A stretch of 64,000 nt of DNA from assembly GCA_000708835.1 (NCBI GenBank), contig DF236950.1, forward strand, positions 401,088 through 465,087. The letters run 5' to 3'. This document shows positions 38,138 through 52,400 of the stretch, piece after piece; position 1 is the stretch's first letter; each line of letters starts with the position of its first letter. Source of the DNA: Klebsormidium nitens (lineage: Eukaryota; Plantae; Klebsormidiophyceae). The notes beneath the pieces were generated by a model that was given only the letters and a program-made list of their open reading frames with translations, was not told the origin of the DNA and did no database searches. The position numbers and the translations under genes are program-made.

Positions 38138-41100
38138 ATGTCAGACTCCATGGAGGAGCCAGCGACTCCGGCTGCTACTCGCGGTGGTGTAGGAAGCCAT
38201 GGTGGGAGTGCCATGAGGGGGGAGGATTTCACAACATTCATCAAAGCTCTCACGGAAAAGTATGGTCTCTTTGAGAAGACGTCCAGGATAAAGCCACCCC
38301 AGTTGAGCTTTGATAAGACACCTCAGCAGTCAGGCAGGAAACATTCCCCTGAGGGCCAGCTCTCATCCCATGCTCAGGGTACGGTCAGCATTAAAGACGG
38401 GGTTTCCATCGCGGATGTAAAAAGTAAAACAGAGGGTAAACCTGAGCTGTCTGCTGGTCCTCCACAGACCAGGCGTACAGGCCGAATTGAAAGCCCTGAT
38501 CTTAACGCTACGTCCAAGCTGGACATACCGGGCTTGAGACTCGGGGTCTCAGATGCAATGCCGGGTGGTCATCCTGCAGCTACAGCACCCCACCACCTGT
38601 CTGACGCATCACAGGACCCCATCAACCATGCAATGGAAACCCAGCTGTCCCCGTCCCTCTCGCAGTCTCCCACCTTGCCCACCTCCGGATCAGAGGCCAG
38701 CTTCACACGGCATAGGGCATCACATCGGCAGGCTTGGCATTCCAAGGAGCCTCATGAGGACTCCATCGATGGGAATACTGACATACTTTCCGAGCCGCGC
38801 GGTCAAGCAAACGAGGCATCCAACACGTCGGCATTGCCCTCACCTAGCTCCCCTGCTGGTAATACGCTGGCACCCTTCACCAGGCCAGTGCTGTACCAGG
38901 ATCAGGCCAGTGGACAGGCCTCTTCCCAACCTCCGCTGCTGCCAGGCCGCAGTCCGAGACGGCCCCCGCGGTGGCTTCCCCTACTAACCAGCATTGAGGC
39001 TGAAGCGAGGCTCTCAGACATTGGGGGAGGAGAACGGATGCGTGAGCCTGATGCCGAGGCAACACCGGGGGCGGACGGAGAAGCATCGCAAGCTGACGGC
39101 ACTGCCCCTGAAACGATGCTTGAACCGTCTGCTGCTTCTGCTGAGACCCCGCATGGTGGCATGCTCAAGAGGTTCCAGGAAGCTTCGACCAGCGAACTAG
39201 AGGGAAGTAAGGCCAGCGCTGGGGTTTCCCCTCCAGGAGATGGCGGCCACAGTCAAGCTCATGACCAAGAAAGTGCAGACGATGAGCGGGAGCGGCAGGC
39301 AGGTTCGCAACCTGGGGGTTGGTCAGCGCTCAACCGCAGCTTGCGGGACAATGGCTTTGGGTCGCTGCGTTCTCCACAGGAACCAGGGTTCTTTGTGGAC
39401 GTGCACGCAGTTTTCAAGGATCTTCTGAAGCAGTATGAGAGGCGGGGAGCCATGGTCCAGGTAGGGCGGAAGCTAAACTTTTCTTGACTTGACTGCCCCG
39501 AAGGCGTCCCTATCCCCTTTACTTTTTGCCGCCTGCCAATCCTTTACTGCCTCTGATTCTTAGTCTGTTAATCTACTTTCTTAAAAAGGCTCTTACGCAA
39601 GAACCAGTGCTCAGCCTGTGTATCTAACAAGGACCTGCCCTGTTGCTTTGGAAAAGGATCTTATGTGCACAACCTCAGGAGAGTATAACTTCCCCTCATT
39701 ACCTGGTCGCTGGCGCAGGAGCTTCTTGGAGCCAATGAGAGTGCCAAGGAGGCGCAGTCCCAGCAACAAGCAGACTTGCAGCGGCTGGCTCACGAGAAGG
39801 AAACCCTTGAAAGCAAAGTCGAAGTTCTGGAGCACCAGGCAAAGGAGGCTGCAGAGGGGGTGGACCAGGCAAGGCTTTTCCCCCGTCCTTCCACCATTTC
39901 CGAGGTCTCGCACTGCTATTCCTCCAGAGTAGTAATCCAGAAGCATATCATCTGGGGACTGTCAACCGTGATCTGCCGTGACATGGTAATCGGGCTTTGA
40001 ATAGAGTCTAATTGGGAACCGTGTCTCTCTTCTTCCAGGCGGGAGCCAACCTGGCCGAGCGGATACGGAAGCTGGAGTCTGCTAACGCTTCCCTCCAGCA
40101 GCGGTGTTCCCAGCTGCAGCATCTAGCCCGGGCCAAGGAGAGAACGGCCCAAAAGCTGCAGGACAAGCTAGAAGAGACAGTCCTGAAGGTAAGACCTTGT
40201 TTGGGATATGTTACATAATATTGTCTGTAAGGTTCAAACAAAGTAGATTTCACTTCCAATTGAAATGACGATGTGGAGCCAAATACCGAACAGATCACAT
40301 GGATCGTCCTGCCTGCTGATTGAATCATCACGTCTCTGCAAAAGCCGCCAGTGGTTCCAGGAGGATATTTGAAATGAGAAGCCGAGACTGCAGGAGGAGA
40401 AGCGTCGAAGTCGTGAGAAGGACATCTATGAGAAGCTGAAGCGCAAGCTTGCGTCTGACGCGCGAGGTCGGGGGTGGGGAGATCTTGGGAAGGCAGCAGC
40501 CGTTGCTGCCAGGGAACTGCAACCAACTGTGCTGGTAAGCAGCAGCATCTTGTATACCGTTAGGAAAAGACGAAGTAACCCTTTCAAGAGCAGATGAAGC
40601 GTTTGCCTTGACTGCCGACCCTAGTTGATGCTTGAAGTCGATCTTTCTTTACATCATCAGGCCTCGACTTGAGCCTTTCTTCTTCACTTCGGCCCTCGTC
40701 ATACGCTCTGGATCGACCGGTGAGTCAGTTTCTTTCGCTTTGGAACCGTTCTCAGTGCATGATCCGTCGCTCAACAGTTTCCGACCTTCCGTAGGTCGGC
40801 CTGTACGAGGCGCAGCGTGAGGCTACAGACGCGGAGCTGAGCATGTTGCGCAAGGAGCTGGCGGCGGTGCATGCGGAGCTGCGGGACAAGGACAATCTGA
40901 TCATGCGCAAGGACCGCGCGGGCGGCTGGAAAACCCTCGAAGTGGGAGTGCTGCTTGAGAAGCAAATGGCGGCAGAGAAGGCGGCCAGCGAGGAGGTACC
41001 TATGTGCATCCACTCTTGGATACCAGTCACGGCCGCTGAGGCACGCTTTCTTCTGGTTCTTGAGCAGACCTCCGCAGAGGAAACTAAACCAAATTTGGGC

Positions 41101-44100
41101 GCGAGGATAATTCGTACTGCCAAGGCCTTGAAAGATTCCCTTCGGAAGGTCTTGTTTCTCGAAGAGCGACAAAAATCGCATTCCTACGGTCTTCTCCCAT
41201 CGCCCTTGGATTCTGCTAGTGCAGATTACGCATGCCTATCGGCGAGTCCAAAACAATAAGGGTTGACCCAGCCATCAAACTCTTTCAAGTATCCACAAAG
41301 GGCTTCTTTCTACACGACCGCCTCGCCGAACTAGTCCCTCCATCTGCGTTCCCAGGCCCTCGCACTGGCGGCCCTGGAGGCCTCGCTCGCGGAAAAGCAG
41401 CAGGACGCCAATCGGCGCGTAGCGGACGCCACGAAACGGGCGGAGCAGCTGGCGGAAGAGAACGCCAACCTGCGGCTGGAACTGGAGGCGCGGCCCTCGG
41501 TGCGCGACTTCCGGGAGACGCAGCGCCTGCTCTCGCGGCTCACCCGCAAGATCGAGGTGAGACGGCAAGGGGGTATCGGGCAAAGGGACGGCAGGGCGAA
41601 GGGTGTGCTGGACGAGGGCTTTCTTTGTATGTTGCTGAAAGGTGGGGCAGAGTGCCTGCTTTCTGTTGGGCTTGGAAACTCAGCATGCCGCATTCAAAGA
41701 GGTTACTGCATAACAAGCAAGGCCAAGGCTGGGCGAAGCCTTGCTAACAAACGGCCGTTCCGGGGGAACGTGATCCGCACCACTTATCCGACTTCTTTGT
41801 CGCCCATACCCGTCGACACAATCCTAACCAATCCAGCGTAGTGGATTGCTTCGTCTCCGATGTTTGATCCACAGCCGTTGATTCAGACATCTTCTTACCG
41901 GGCTGTTACCCTGTGTAGGACATGCGCAAGCAGCAGGGAACGTGGAGCGACAGCGACTCCGAGGAGGATGCGTTAGAGGAGGCGGAGCTGGATGGCGCGG
42001 TGGCGCGCAAGCAAGAGCGGCTGCGGCCAACGCGCGAGCGCATCGCGCGAGACCGCAACGTGCATCGCTTGCGTCTCAAGAAGCTCGACAAGCTGCCCAA
42101 GGACGTCCTGCTTGAGGCGCTCCAGGTAAGGCGCCAAACACCATAGAGACGGCTAGGGGCGGAAGGGGTCCGGATGCTTTTTGCGTATGTCGAGGATGTC
42201 CTGAGTAAGAAGCTTCTTTACGGTCCTGTCTCAATATCGATGTAGTGTTCTTTTTGGCGTAACAAATTGCGGGTCAAAAGGAGCACTTGTCAACGGGCTC
42301 GAAAATGGGGAGGGGAGGGGCTCGTGTGAGAGCGTCCGAGCTCGGGGACCTGGACTTCGGTAGATCAAGTCCTTGCGAAGCACTGGTTGCTCTCAAAAAG
42401 AATGACTGTTTTCTAGATCTGGAAGTCCGAGAAGCGTTCGTACCGCTGTTTTGTGCGCCTCGTGCACTTCGAATTACCCGCCGCTCGCCTCAGACGCGCC
42501 GTTCCGCGTGCAGGACGTGTGCATCCAGGTGGAGGCGGCGGAGCTGTCGCAGCTGACGTCATCCGTGGACAAGATGCTGCGCGTGATGGCGGCGGTGCCC
42601 AAGATGGAGCGCTTCATCAGTGACGTCTGCAGCATCGTCTTCCTCGAGGGGCCACCACCCAACAGGTGCGTAGGGTACGGCTGCAATTGCTGCTGATTGC
42701 ATGCATCACCATACTCACCGCATCTTAGGCTCACGACTCTGTTCTCTTCTTCAAAACCCCCCTCGGGCAATTCCTAGGTGTCCGTTGCAGACTCGCGTGC
42801 AGCTCTTCCTCCTTTCCTGAGTACAGGATAGGGCCCGCCTTGGCAGATTGGCAGCTGTCACCCGGCCTTCATTTGTCTTTTCTCCAGAAACCTGTTTCTT
42901 AACCTGCCCTGTTGCGTCGATGTTGTTATCGTGCAGCAGCAACGGTTCGAACGGCCAGCGCAGCCCGGATGCGGTACCGAGCATCCTGCGGGGCTGGATC
43001 GAGACGCTGGGAAAGGTGCGCGAGCTGGAGGAGTTCCAGGCGGTCATCGCCACTGAGCTCGGGCAGCGGCCCGAGGGCAGGCAGACGGTGCAAGGGCCCA
43101 ACCTCGCAAGGTAATCCCTCCTTTCACATTACTGACCCCTTGCTGTAGTAGCGTCGTTGGCGGGTTATCCAGCGGCTCTTTTTGAACCTCGAAAGCGAGT
43201 CAAGATGCAGGAGTCTAGAAAGAGAGCATCCTTGTCCTCGCCCCTGCATGTCTTCGCGAAGCGGTTATTCTGCCTTGGACGATTCGCAGGCCCATTTCGA
43301 GAAGCATCTCTCTTAGAAACACGCTGCCTGCACGGGCGTCCGCCTCGTCTCACCCGTCCGTCTCGTCCCTGTCTGCCCCCAGAAACTGCGCAGCGGCTGT
43401 GAAGGAGTTGGTGGGCTTGGAGCGCGAATTCCTGCTGAAGGAGGCCACGTTCCGCCAGGCCGAGGGCCTCGTGCTGGCCGACCCCGAGCGGCTTATACAC
43501 AAGATGCTCGCGCACTTCCAGGTGCAATGTCCTCGCGCTTTCGCACCCGGCTGCGTCCGTTTTGAGATTCCTCAGTTGGTTGCCAAGAGCATTTCAAGAA
43601 TCTTCTCTTTTTTTCAAAGTGTATAAACACGTTTTTCTCTGAGAGAGGTGCTTTGACGACGGAATCGGTCGGGAATGAGTGCATCGGCTCCAACAGAAGC
43701 CGCCCACAAAAGGCCGTAGCTGTTAGAAGGCGGATACAATTGTTTGCATGACCTCACCTGGCCTCGCTTGTCTCCACTTCTTCAGCGGCTGTTCGAGGTC
43801 CCCCGGCTGGACGGCGTGTTCGCCCGGATCAACGCCGTGTATAGCCAGTACTCAGAGCACCACAACTTCCTGCGCGCCCTGCGCTCGCTGCTGGGCCTGC
43901 CTGACAACGCGGGCACCGGCGCTTGCATCGCCCGCATCAGGGCGCTCCTGGATCAGGTAAAGCAATGGTCCGCACAGAGTTAAGTACCAGCAGATTCAAG
44001 CGCTCACGATGTCAACATTGCTTATGTTAAGCCAGCGCGACCGTGAGCTCAACAAGATTTCAAGAGCGCTTGACGTGCATTTGCGTTACCAGGTCAGGAC

Positions 44101-44896
44101 CGACGTGGTAAATGATGGAGTTTCTAAGCAGAGCAGCTTCAAATTCTTAGAAACAATAGTGCCCAACGGCAGACGCGTGAGTCGAGTTACTGTACGGATG
44201 CGAATTCCATTGTGCAGGACGGGCGGGCGCGTGCCTTGGTGCCGGAGTACGTCCTGGGGGAAAAGAGGAACGGAGCTGCGGCAGGCGCATCAGCCTCGGG
44301 CCGACCCGCAGAGGAGCCGACCGGCGACAAGGTTGGCCGTCGAGAGGTTGGAGATTCCCTTGAATGTCTGCTGACTTCCTTATGAGTGGGGTCAACACGA
44401 CTTGGCACCTGGTCCTTGCTTTCCACTGTTCAGAATCTTCCGTCAGCTTTCTGAGCATTTAAGCGGAGGCCATTTTGACCGTCTGTGCTCTGCCAGCAGT
44501 TGGCAACACATGAGAAGCTGAAAGCTATATTCACATCTACAAACGGTCAAGTGTGCTTGGGCACTGCAAATGTCATGAGGAACCTGCACAGCTCGTCTAC
44601 TTAGAAACCACAAAAAAATGAACGCTTTGGTGGCGGCCGTCTCCACTCTCTCAAGTCGAAGGTTTCCTCAGAAATTCGTACGCTCTTTGCAGGTCGTCAA
44701 CAAGCTGCTTCGACTGTTCCACCAGTCCGACGAGAAGCAGTTGGTTGCGCATTGCGAGACGATACTCTCAAGGTTGCAGCGCCACACACAGGTGCTCCCT
44801 CGTTACCAGAGTGTTGTCAACGAGTTGTACGACCTTCTAAGAGTGGCAACCTTAGATGCCATTGTCCCTGCTGTCAGAGCTCTGAAACATGTGTAG
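38138..44896 (+). CDS. CEP70: CEP70-like centrosomal/basal-body coiled-coil protein with a long disordered N-terminus (multi-exon)
   Basis: Coiled-coil exons, then RDRNVHRLRLKKLDKLPKDVLLEALQ|DVCIQVEAAELSQL..VPKMERFISDVCSIV, IHKMLAHFQ|RLFEVPRLDGVFARINAVY and VVNELYDLLRVATLDAIVPAVRAL*. These match remembered CEP70/CRC70 C-terminal motifs. Confidence 0.7.
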
Positions 44897-45447
44897 GTAA
44901 GTCAAACGCACTCTTCGATGTCGTCCTTCGAGGAGGTGATGTCTTTGGCAACGTAAGGTGCCATATCAATTGTAAAGAAAGTGTATGTGAAAGTCAGCCC
45001 GAGCCCTTACGCCAAGGTTGACCCACTTTGCCCGTCCGCCCTTCATATCCGCTTTCATGAATCAAAGCGGAAAACGGACACGGGAAAGTTAATAGGGCAA
45101 TAGTCCCTTGTCTAAGCATGCCAGCTCGTCATCCTCGCATCCACGTGATAACAAAATGTGGCCCCAAGCATGTTTCAGCAACCCATGTTTGCGAACATAT
45201 ATAACGGGTGAAATACAATAGGGTTGACCAGCCGGTAGGATAAACGACATGAGAGTCACAGGGTACAATACATGCATTGAGATAATATTCAGATTCGATG
45301 TGCAAATGCATGCCTGTATGGTGAGCACCGGCCGAGCAATGGTAAACGGAATCCTGTTTTAAACACACCCCGGATCAGTACCACATAGTGATTTTTCATA
45401 ACCGTGTACCGGTATACCAATCTCTCAACCCTGCTGTCTCCTGTAAT

Positions 45448-45910
45448 TCATTTTCTTTCATTTGAACTAGTCCCGAAGAGGGCTGGCATGGGTTCGACAG
45501 TAACTGTAGGGTTACTGGTAAACTCCAATTCTTGTGAGGGTTTGAAATTCTCGCGCTTGAATGATGAGAGGACGAAGGAAAATAGTCCACATCTAGTTCG
45601 TTCGTTGAAACCGACGAATCCGGGGTACACAATGAGAACGTGCCGCCCAGACTGAGGACAGCCCAGCACCGTACTCCAAAGCCCACAAACCGTAGACCAC
45701 GGTGGAAATCCCCTTGATCCAGAATGTACCCAAAAACGCGCGCACCATCGCGTTGCAGTTCCGTAAATATCTAGAGCGGTCCCTCACCGTCTTTGAATTG
45801 CGCGCTCGCGAGCCAAATTTGTAGCCTGGGTACACACGAAATGCGGGTCGTATGTCTCCATGCTGGGTATTATGCAGCGCACCATCAATGACTTCAGTCA
45901 AGGACGACAT
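45448..45910 (-). CDS. Candidate small two-exon orphan gene (45910-45788 + 45652-45448, ~108 aa)
   Basis: ATG at 45910, phase-0 ACG|GTGAGG donor at 45787, phase-0 TGTCCTCAG acceptor at 45653, joining two adjacent ORFs. No homology recognised. Confidence 0.25.
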
Positions 45911-46490
45911 CAAAGGCTCATATTCTTGAAAGCTTCGATCGAAGGCGAGGAAATGCGGTCAACAGCAAGGAGCACGACTTGGAACAACGCAATAGCCGGT
46001 GTATGGGCAGACGAATTAGGTTGGGCAGGGGTCTTGCAGAGGGAAGGTCCAAGTCCAAGCTGCAAGTTGGCGTTCAGGAAAGAGGCTTCTTAGGTCTCTC
46101 CGTTGGGTTCGACATACATTCTGTCCAACCACACTGCAGCATTTAGATCTAGCAACTTGGAGGGTCTTCTGTGGCCACGGGACCAGAGCTTAGGGGGCAA
46201 ATTACTAGTTGCAAGGTCTTCGTGAGCAATATATGCGACCGGCAAAGCATAGCCTGCTATAGGGTTATGTTTCTTGCTCAGAACGGTCAAGGGGCAGGAA
46301 GCCATAGCTGATTTTGTTGCACTGCTTGTGCCGCCAGTGCAGAAGGCAGCGGTACACAGAATGGGGATTGTGTTTCATAGATCTCTTATTCAGTAAGCCT
46401 TAGTAATGTCGACGTTCGAGACATCCTGCTAGTGTGTACTGTGCAAGTCAATAATTACAAAGTTCAGGGTTCTCCAAGGTTGAGCTCAGG

Positions 46491-49400
46491 ATGGCGGGTC
46501 ATGCAGTCACCACTGGCTCTCTTGTCTGGGTAGAAGATGAGAATGAGTCTTGGACAGAGGGAGAAGTTTTATCCGTTAGTGGGGATGAAGCAACCGTCAA
46601 GACAGCAATAACAACGGTGAGAAACCTGTAATAGACGATGAGTGCAGTTTTGCATCTCATGTGGAGCAGCTGACCCTGTCTCAGCTCTCCCTTAAGGGTT
46701 TAGTCTCCTGCCTAACTCCTGCATCTCTCATGTGAAAACACCAGTTTATTTTTCTTCTGCAGGTCTCTGTTCGCTTGAAAGACATTCAGCCGAGGGATCC
46801 TGATACCCAGCCACATGGCACGGATGATATGACAACGCTGTCGTATCTGAGTGAGCCTGGGGTGCTCTACAACCTGAAATGCCGCTATGGTGTTGATGAG
46901 ATCTATGTGAGAAGACCCTCCAGCTTATGTCTTGAAACTTTACAAAATCTATTCCTGCTCGGACAGGGGACTCGCACATTGTTGTTGCAAAGCAAGGAGC
47001 AATGCGTGACTGTAAAAAGGACAATGGCTGAGAAGTGCATTGCTGTGAGGCAGCAGTGAGAAGCAATGCGATAAAGTAAGATTGAGCTGCACAGGTTCGC
47101 GTAGGTGGTCTTAAGAACATGTCCTCCCTGAGCTTTTGCACTCACAGAACCTTCCCCGTTGCAGACATACACCGGCAACATCCTGATCGCTGTGAATCCA
47201 TTCCAAAAGTTGCCACACCTGTACGACGCCTCGATGATGGAGCAATACAAGGGGGTCCAATTGGGGGAGTTAAGCCCCCACGTATTCGCCGTCGCAGACA
47301 GTGCTTTTAGGTAAGATACTGTCCCTGACTATTCCATCAAACAGGGTGTTTCTGAGAAGGAGAGAGCATATAATCGGGTGCATTGGGGTGTGTGGTATCA
47401 TCAGGTAGACTCTTCAAACTTTTAGCATGACATATGTTGATGCCTAAAATACTCTCACTGCAGGGCCATGCTGGATGAAAAGAAAAGTCAGTCCATTCTC
47501 GTAAGCGGAGAAAGTGGAGCTGGCAAGACAGAGACAACAAAGCTCATTATGCAGTATCTCGCATACATGGGGGGTAGGGCAGATACAGACGGGCGAACGG
47601 TTGAGCAGCAAGTTCTAGAGGTGAGACTTAATGATGCATTTGGCTGGGAAGCCCTCCGCTTCTTGAAATGCACAAGGTCAAGCTGTCTGCAGGCAATTCC
47701 GTCGCCATTGCTTCGACAAGTCTGGCGGGCCTAAGAATACTATGAAGGCCTTGGATCAAGTTGAGAACGAAGTTGTGTGGCTTCCGTGTACTTACTCTTG
47801 CTTATCTAACATCAGCTTTCCACTTGTATCTGTGCAGTCAAATCCTCTTCTAGAAGCCTTTGGAAACGCAAAGACGGTCCGAAACAACAACTCCAGGTAA
47901 GATCTTTGTTTCAAAGATTCGTCCATCAAACACAGTAGTCTCTGTCATGAGTTGGAGTCGATATTACTCGTTAATGCTTCAAGACTGCCAGGTTCATGAA
48001 AGATGTGGCAGCCAAGCTGTCTGCAAACGGTCAAAAGTTGATCGGCCATTGATCCGAGGGGCCAGGCAAACGATTCATACCCAAGCAGGGTCTGTCTGAG
48101 TATGAGTCGAATTGGAGGTTGACTTCGAGCCCTCGTGGTCACTACGGTATCAACTTCTGTTTTGACCTTTGCGGTCTCCTGTTGCAGCCGATTCGGAAAG
48201 TTCGTGGAAATCCAATTCGACAACGCGGGACGTATTTCGGGAGCTGCTGTCCGGACGTACCTGCTCGAACGGTCCCGCGTGGTGCAAATCACAGATCCCG
48301 AGCGCAATTATCACGCCTTCTATCAGCTCTGTGCTGGAGCGTCAGCGGAGGTGAGTCTCATGACAATGCACAAACGCAGTCCATCAGCGATTGCACAGAA
48401 GGATCAGTGCAGTTGGCCAGGCGTGGAGCTACTTTTAGCCGCTCCCGATTCAGGCTGATTGTCCGTGTCTTCAAACCACAGGAGAAGGCGAGGTACAAGC
48501 TTGAGGATGCGAGGTCGTACCACTATCTGAATCAGAGCTCGTGCATCGACCTGAACGGTGTGGACAACGCAGAGGAGTATGGGAGGACCAAACACGCCAT
48601 GGACGTGGTGGGAATCAAAGTGGAAGACCAGGTAACGAACGATAATCTTGGCCCTGGAATACGTTTCCGGTATCGCTTTGCCTTTGCTTTGGAATCGGAC
48701 CTCGTCGATCCGTCCGAAAAGGGGCAGCAGATATATGGCCTGAAAGGCAACGGGAACGTAGGAGCAGAGCATGCTTAAAGCATGACGCAGGGTGCTTACA
48801 CTTGAACGGACGGTGACACATACTGTCCTTGTGCGAGCAGGAGGCCATCTTTCGAGTCTTGGCAGCCATCCTCCACCTTGGAAACGTGGAGTTCGTGGCG
48901 GGAGACGACGGTGATTCGTCGAGACCGAAGGACGATGCGTCGCAGTTTCACCTCGACGCGGCTGCAGAATTACTCCAGTAAGGCCACAATGCATTCTAGC
49001 ACAGTGATTGTCTTGCTCTTATCCTTCTTGGACGCAGCAACTATCATGTTCGGACCTCTCGTCTTGCATCATTATTTATCTCCAACCCTTGACAACCTTG
49101 CCTCAGCACCCAGGGCCTCTCACCGTTTCAAAAACGCTTTTTCGCTGACGCAGTGCCTGCTTCTCGCAAATAGGTGCAGTTCGCAGGGGCTGGAAGACTC
49201 ACTTTGCGTCCGCATCATTGTCACGCGGGATGGGGACATTCGGAAGACGCTGGACCCAGTCGCTGCTGTGAACAATCGAGACGCTCTTGCCAAGACCATC
49301 TACTCCCGGCTCTTTGACTGGTATGCTCACCTTTTCCTTGTCAGCAACTTTGATTCGGACCGATTCATGCAAAGTTCGCGCGAAAAGAGTCATCATTGAA

Positions 49401-52400
49401 CGACTATCCTGACTTCTAGATGCCTCTTCATATGAATTTAGTCCCGTTGCAGAGCACCTGGCTTTATACCCAGTCGCGATACCCAGTCGCGCGACTATCA
49501 GGGAGTCTCAGGAAGGTCTCCCGCTATTTTCCGCTGTTTGAAAGACCACAAGATCCGTTCTGTACATTGCGTAACTCCCGGCACCAATCTTACATTCCCG
49601 TGGTTGATGGGGCGTCGCGGCTCTGCAGGCTTGTTCAGCAGATCAACGAGTCGATCGGCCAAGATCCGAACTCGAAGGTCCTCGTGGGCGTCCTGGATAT
49701 CTACGGGTTTGAAAGCTTCCAGCAGAACAGCTTCGAGCAATTCTGCATCAATCTTGCGAACGAGAAGTTGCAGCAGCACTTCAACCAGGTAAGCGTCAGG
49801 CAGTCTGCACGGCTTCGGTAGATGACCAACGGCTCCGTCACTTGGTATTCGACAGGGGCTGGAGGCTAGGCCAAGGGCTTACATCGTCTGATCACAACAT
49901 GCTCCTGAAGGGTGCAGCATAAAGAATTTCATTGTCGATAAACATGAACATTTGACTTGGCTCTCTGGGACCCTTAAGTATGTTTGCCATCAGGCTTCTT
50001 GTAGTCGCTGGTAGCCCGACAAAGTGGCGGCTAGCACGTTGCAGTCCCGTTTACCACGAGTGGCCTTTCGCCGTGCAGCACGTGTTCAAGATGGAGCAGG
50101 AGGAGTACGAGAAGGAGGCCATCAACTGGAGCTACATCGAGTTCGTGGACAACCAGGACGTGCTGGACCTCATCGAGAAGAAACCCATTGGCATCATTGC
50201 CCTCTTGGACGAAGCCTGGTGAGGCAAAGGCCTGCATAATGACGGGGGTCATCGTGAATTTTTTTTGGCTAGCCTGTCTTTAGACGAGTACCCGCAAAGG
50301 TAGTTCGCTCTACACTGCGAAACACCCCATAAGATCTGCATCTGCCTGCTTTGCAGCCGGGCCCTCTTCTTTTTTTCTGCTCTGAACCTCCCAAGCGGTC
50401 ATAAAGAGTCTGACTGAAATCAAATGTGATTTCTGCAGCCTGTTCCCGAAGTCGACGCACGACACGTTCGCCACCAAGCTGTACAGCTCCCTTAGTAGCA
50501 ACGGGCGGTTCTCCAAGCCCAAGCGTTCTCAGACGGACTTTGCGATCGACCATTATGCGGGCGAGGTGGTGTACCAGACGGAGCTGTTCCTGGAGAAGAA
50601 CAAGGACTACGTGATTGCGGAGCACCAAGCGCTGCTCGGGAGCGCCGGGGATGCGTTTGTCAGGCAGCTCTTCCCGGCGCCCGCTGACGAGGGCAACAGC
50701 AAGTCGGGGTACAAGTTCTCGTCCATCGGAACCCGATTCAAGGTACGGGTCAAGCTCGGAAACTTTGCATGATCCCATTCACGCAGCAAATATTCAGATT
50801 CACTGGAAAGCAATTCTTAGTTTCCTCTGTGCATTTCGTATGATTAGAGAATTTTCAATGCTAAGCAAGGGGGTTTATGAGACCCAGCTGTTGAACGAGT
50901 TTCTAGAGGATATCTGCCCAGTCGCTTTCAGCTCGGTAGTCTTGATAGCTAATTTTGTTCGTGTGCTTTTTCTTTGCAGCAACAATTGGCGCTACTGATG
51001 GAGACGCTGTCTCACACCGAGCCGCACTACATCCGCTGCGTGAAACCAAACCAAAAGCAGAAGCCGTTCATCTTCGAGAGCGTGAACGTGATGCACCAGC
51101 TTCGCTGTGGAGTAAGTACAGTCAGGCAGTCGTTTTTATCGTCGCTAATGGACTTTGCACAGAGGTGGAAAAATCAGCCTCGACTCGCTGTTTTCCTCCG
51201 CCACTCCTGGGCAGCATTATCTTCCGCTAAACCCGCTTCGGGACGGCATGCTGGCGTCGGTTGTTGACGTCGTAAGAACTGAGCTTTTTTCGCCCGCATG
51301 CTGTCGCTCATTTTGGCCCGTATGTCCGTGCAGGGAGTGTTGGAAGCTGTTCGTATCAGCTGCGCGGGGTACCCTACACGGAAAACGTTCGAGGAGTTCG
51401 TGGACAGATTCGGCCTTTTGGCTGCTTCCATCCCGAATGCAAGGTACAGCCGTCTCCTTGTTGGTGCTCTCTTGCTTTCCTAGGGCGTATTGGCCTTTTA
51501 GTCTCGGGCAATTCGTATCTCCAGCTGTCATCCATTTAGAAAAGTATAGCATCTGGTTTCTCCATCTTTGAAACTGCCTTTGCTGCCGAACTCTGGCACG
51601 ATTGGGATCTTTAACTCTATTGGGACCGTAACACGTGTCTTACTTTTCCTGCAGCGACGACGAGAAGGTGCTGACGCAGCAGATCTTAGAGAAGGAGGGG
51701 TTGTCCAACTACCAGCTGGGCAAGTCGAAGGTGTTCCTGCGTGCGGGCCAGATGGCGCAGCTGGACAACCGGCGCGCCGAGGTGCTCAACGCGGCCGCCA
51801 AGACGATCCAACGGAAAGCGCGATCCTTCTTGGGGAGGAGGTGGTTTGTGCGCGTCAGGCAGGCCACGCTGACGATTCAGCGCTGCTACAGGGGTGAGAA
51901 CGAAGGGCTTTCTCTGTGGGCATAGCTGTATGTCACGAACAAGCAACATGTTGCCCGTATTGCATCTGCCTGTTCTTGACTTGGCTGGTTCTGTGGGAAG
52001 TCGTACTCACGCGTTGGTTGTGCTGCAGGACATTTGGGGCGGAAGGCGTTCGAAGCGCTGCGGAGGGAGGATGCTGCCGTCCGCATCCAGAAGACCGTGC
52101 GGCGGCACCAGGCGGAGCAGTCGTACAAGCGGCAACGGCACGCTGCCATCGTGTTGCAGGCGGGGGCGAGAGGGATGAGCGCGCGAAAGCAGGCCAAGGC
52201 GCTCAGGCGGGAAAAGGCAGCGACGGTCATCCAGGTAGGCATCCAATCCGTTCCGTCATTTAAGTGCCTCTTCAAGTAAACGTATTGATTGTACAGAAGC
52301 ACCCTCTTATTGGCTGAGGAGTTGCTTAATCAGGTTTGGAGAGCATGTGTTGCTTGAGCCACTGCTTCTCTTTTCAATCGACCTCCTCACATAAGTGCGT

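Noticed and set aside
45478-45860. GGGCTGGCATGGGTTCGACAG resembles a tmRNA 5' end, with GCGGGTCG...CTCCA about 370 nt later
   Set aside because: The two ends cannot form the acceptor stem, there is no T-stem complement and no CCA end, and the context is eukaryotic nuclear DNA. Treated as coincidence.
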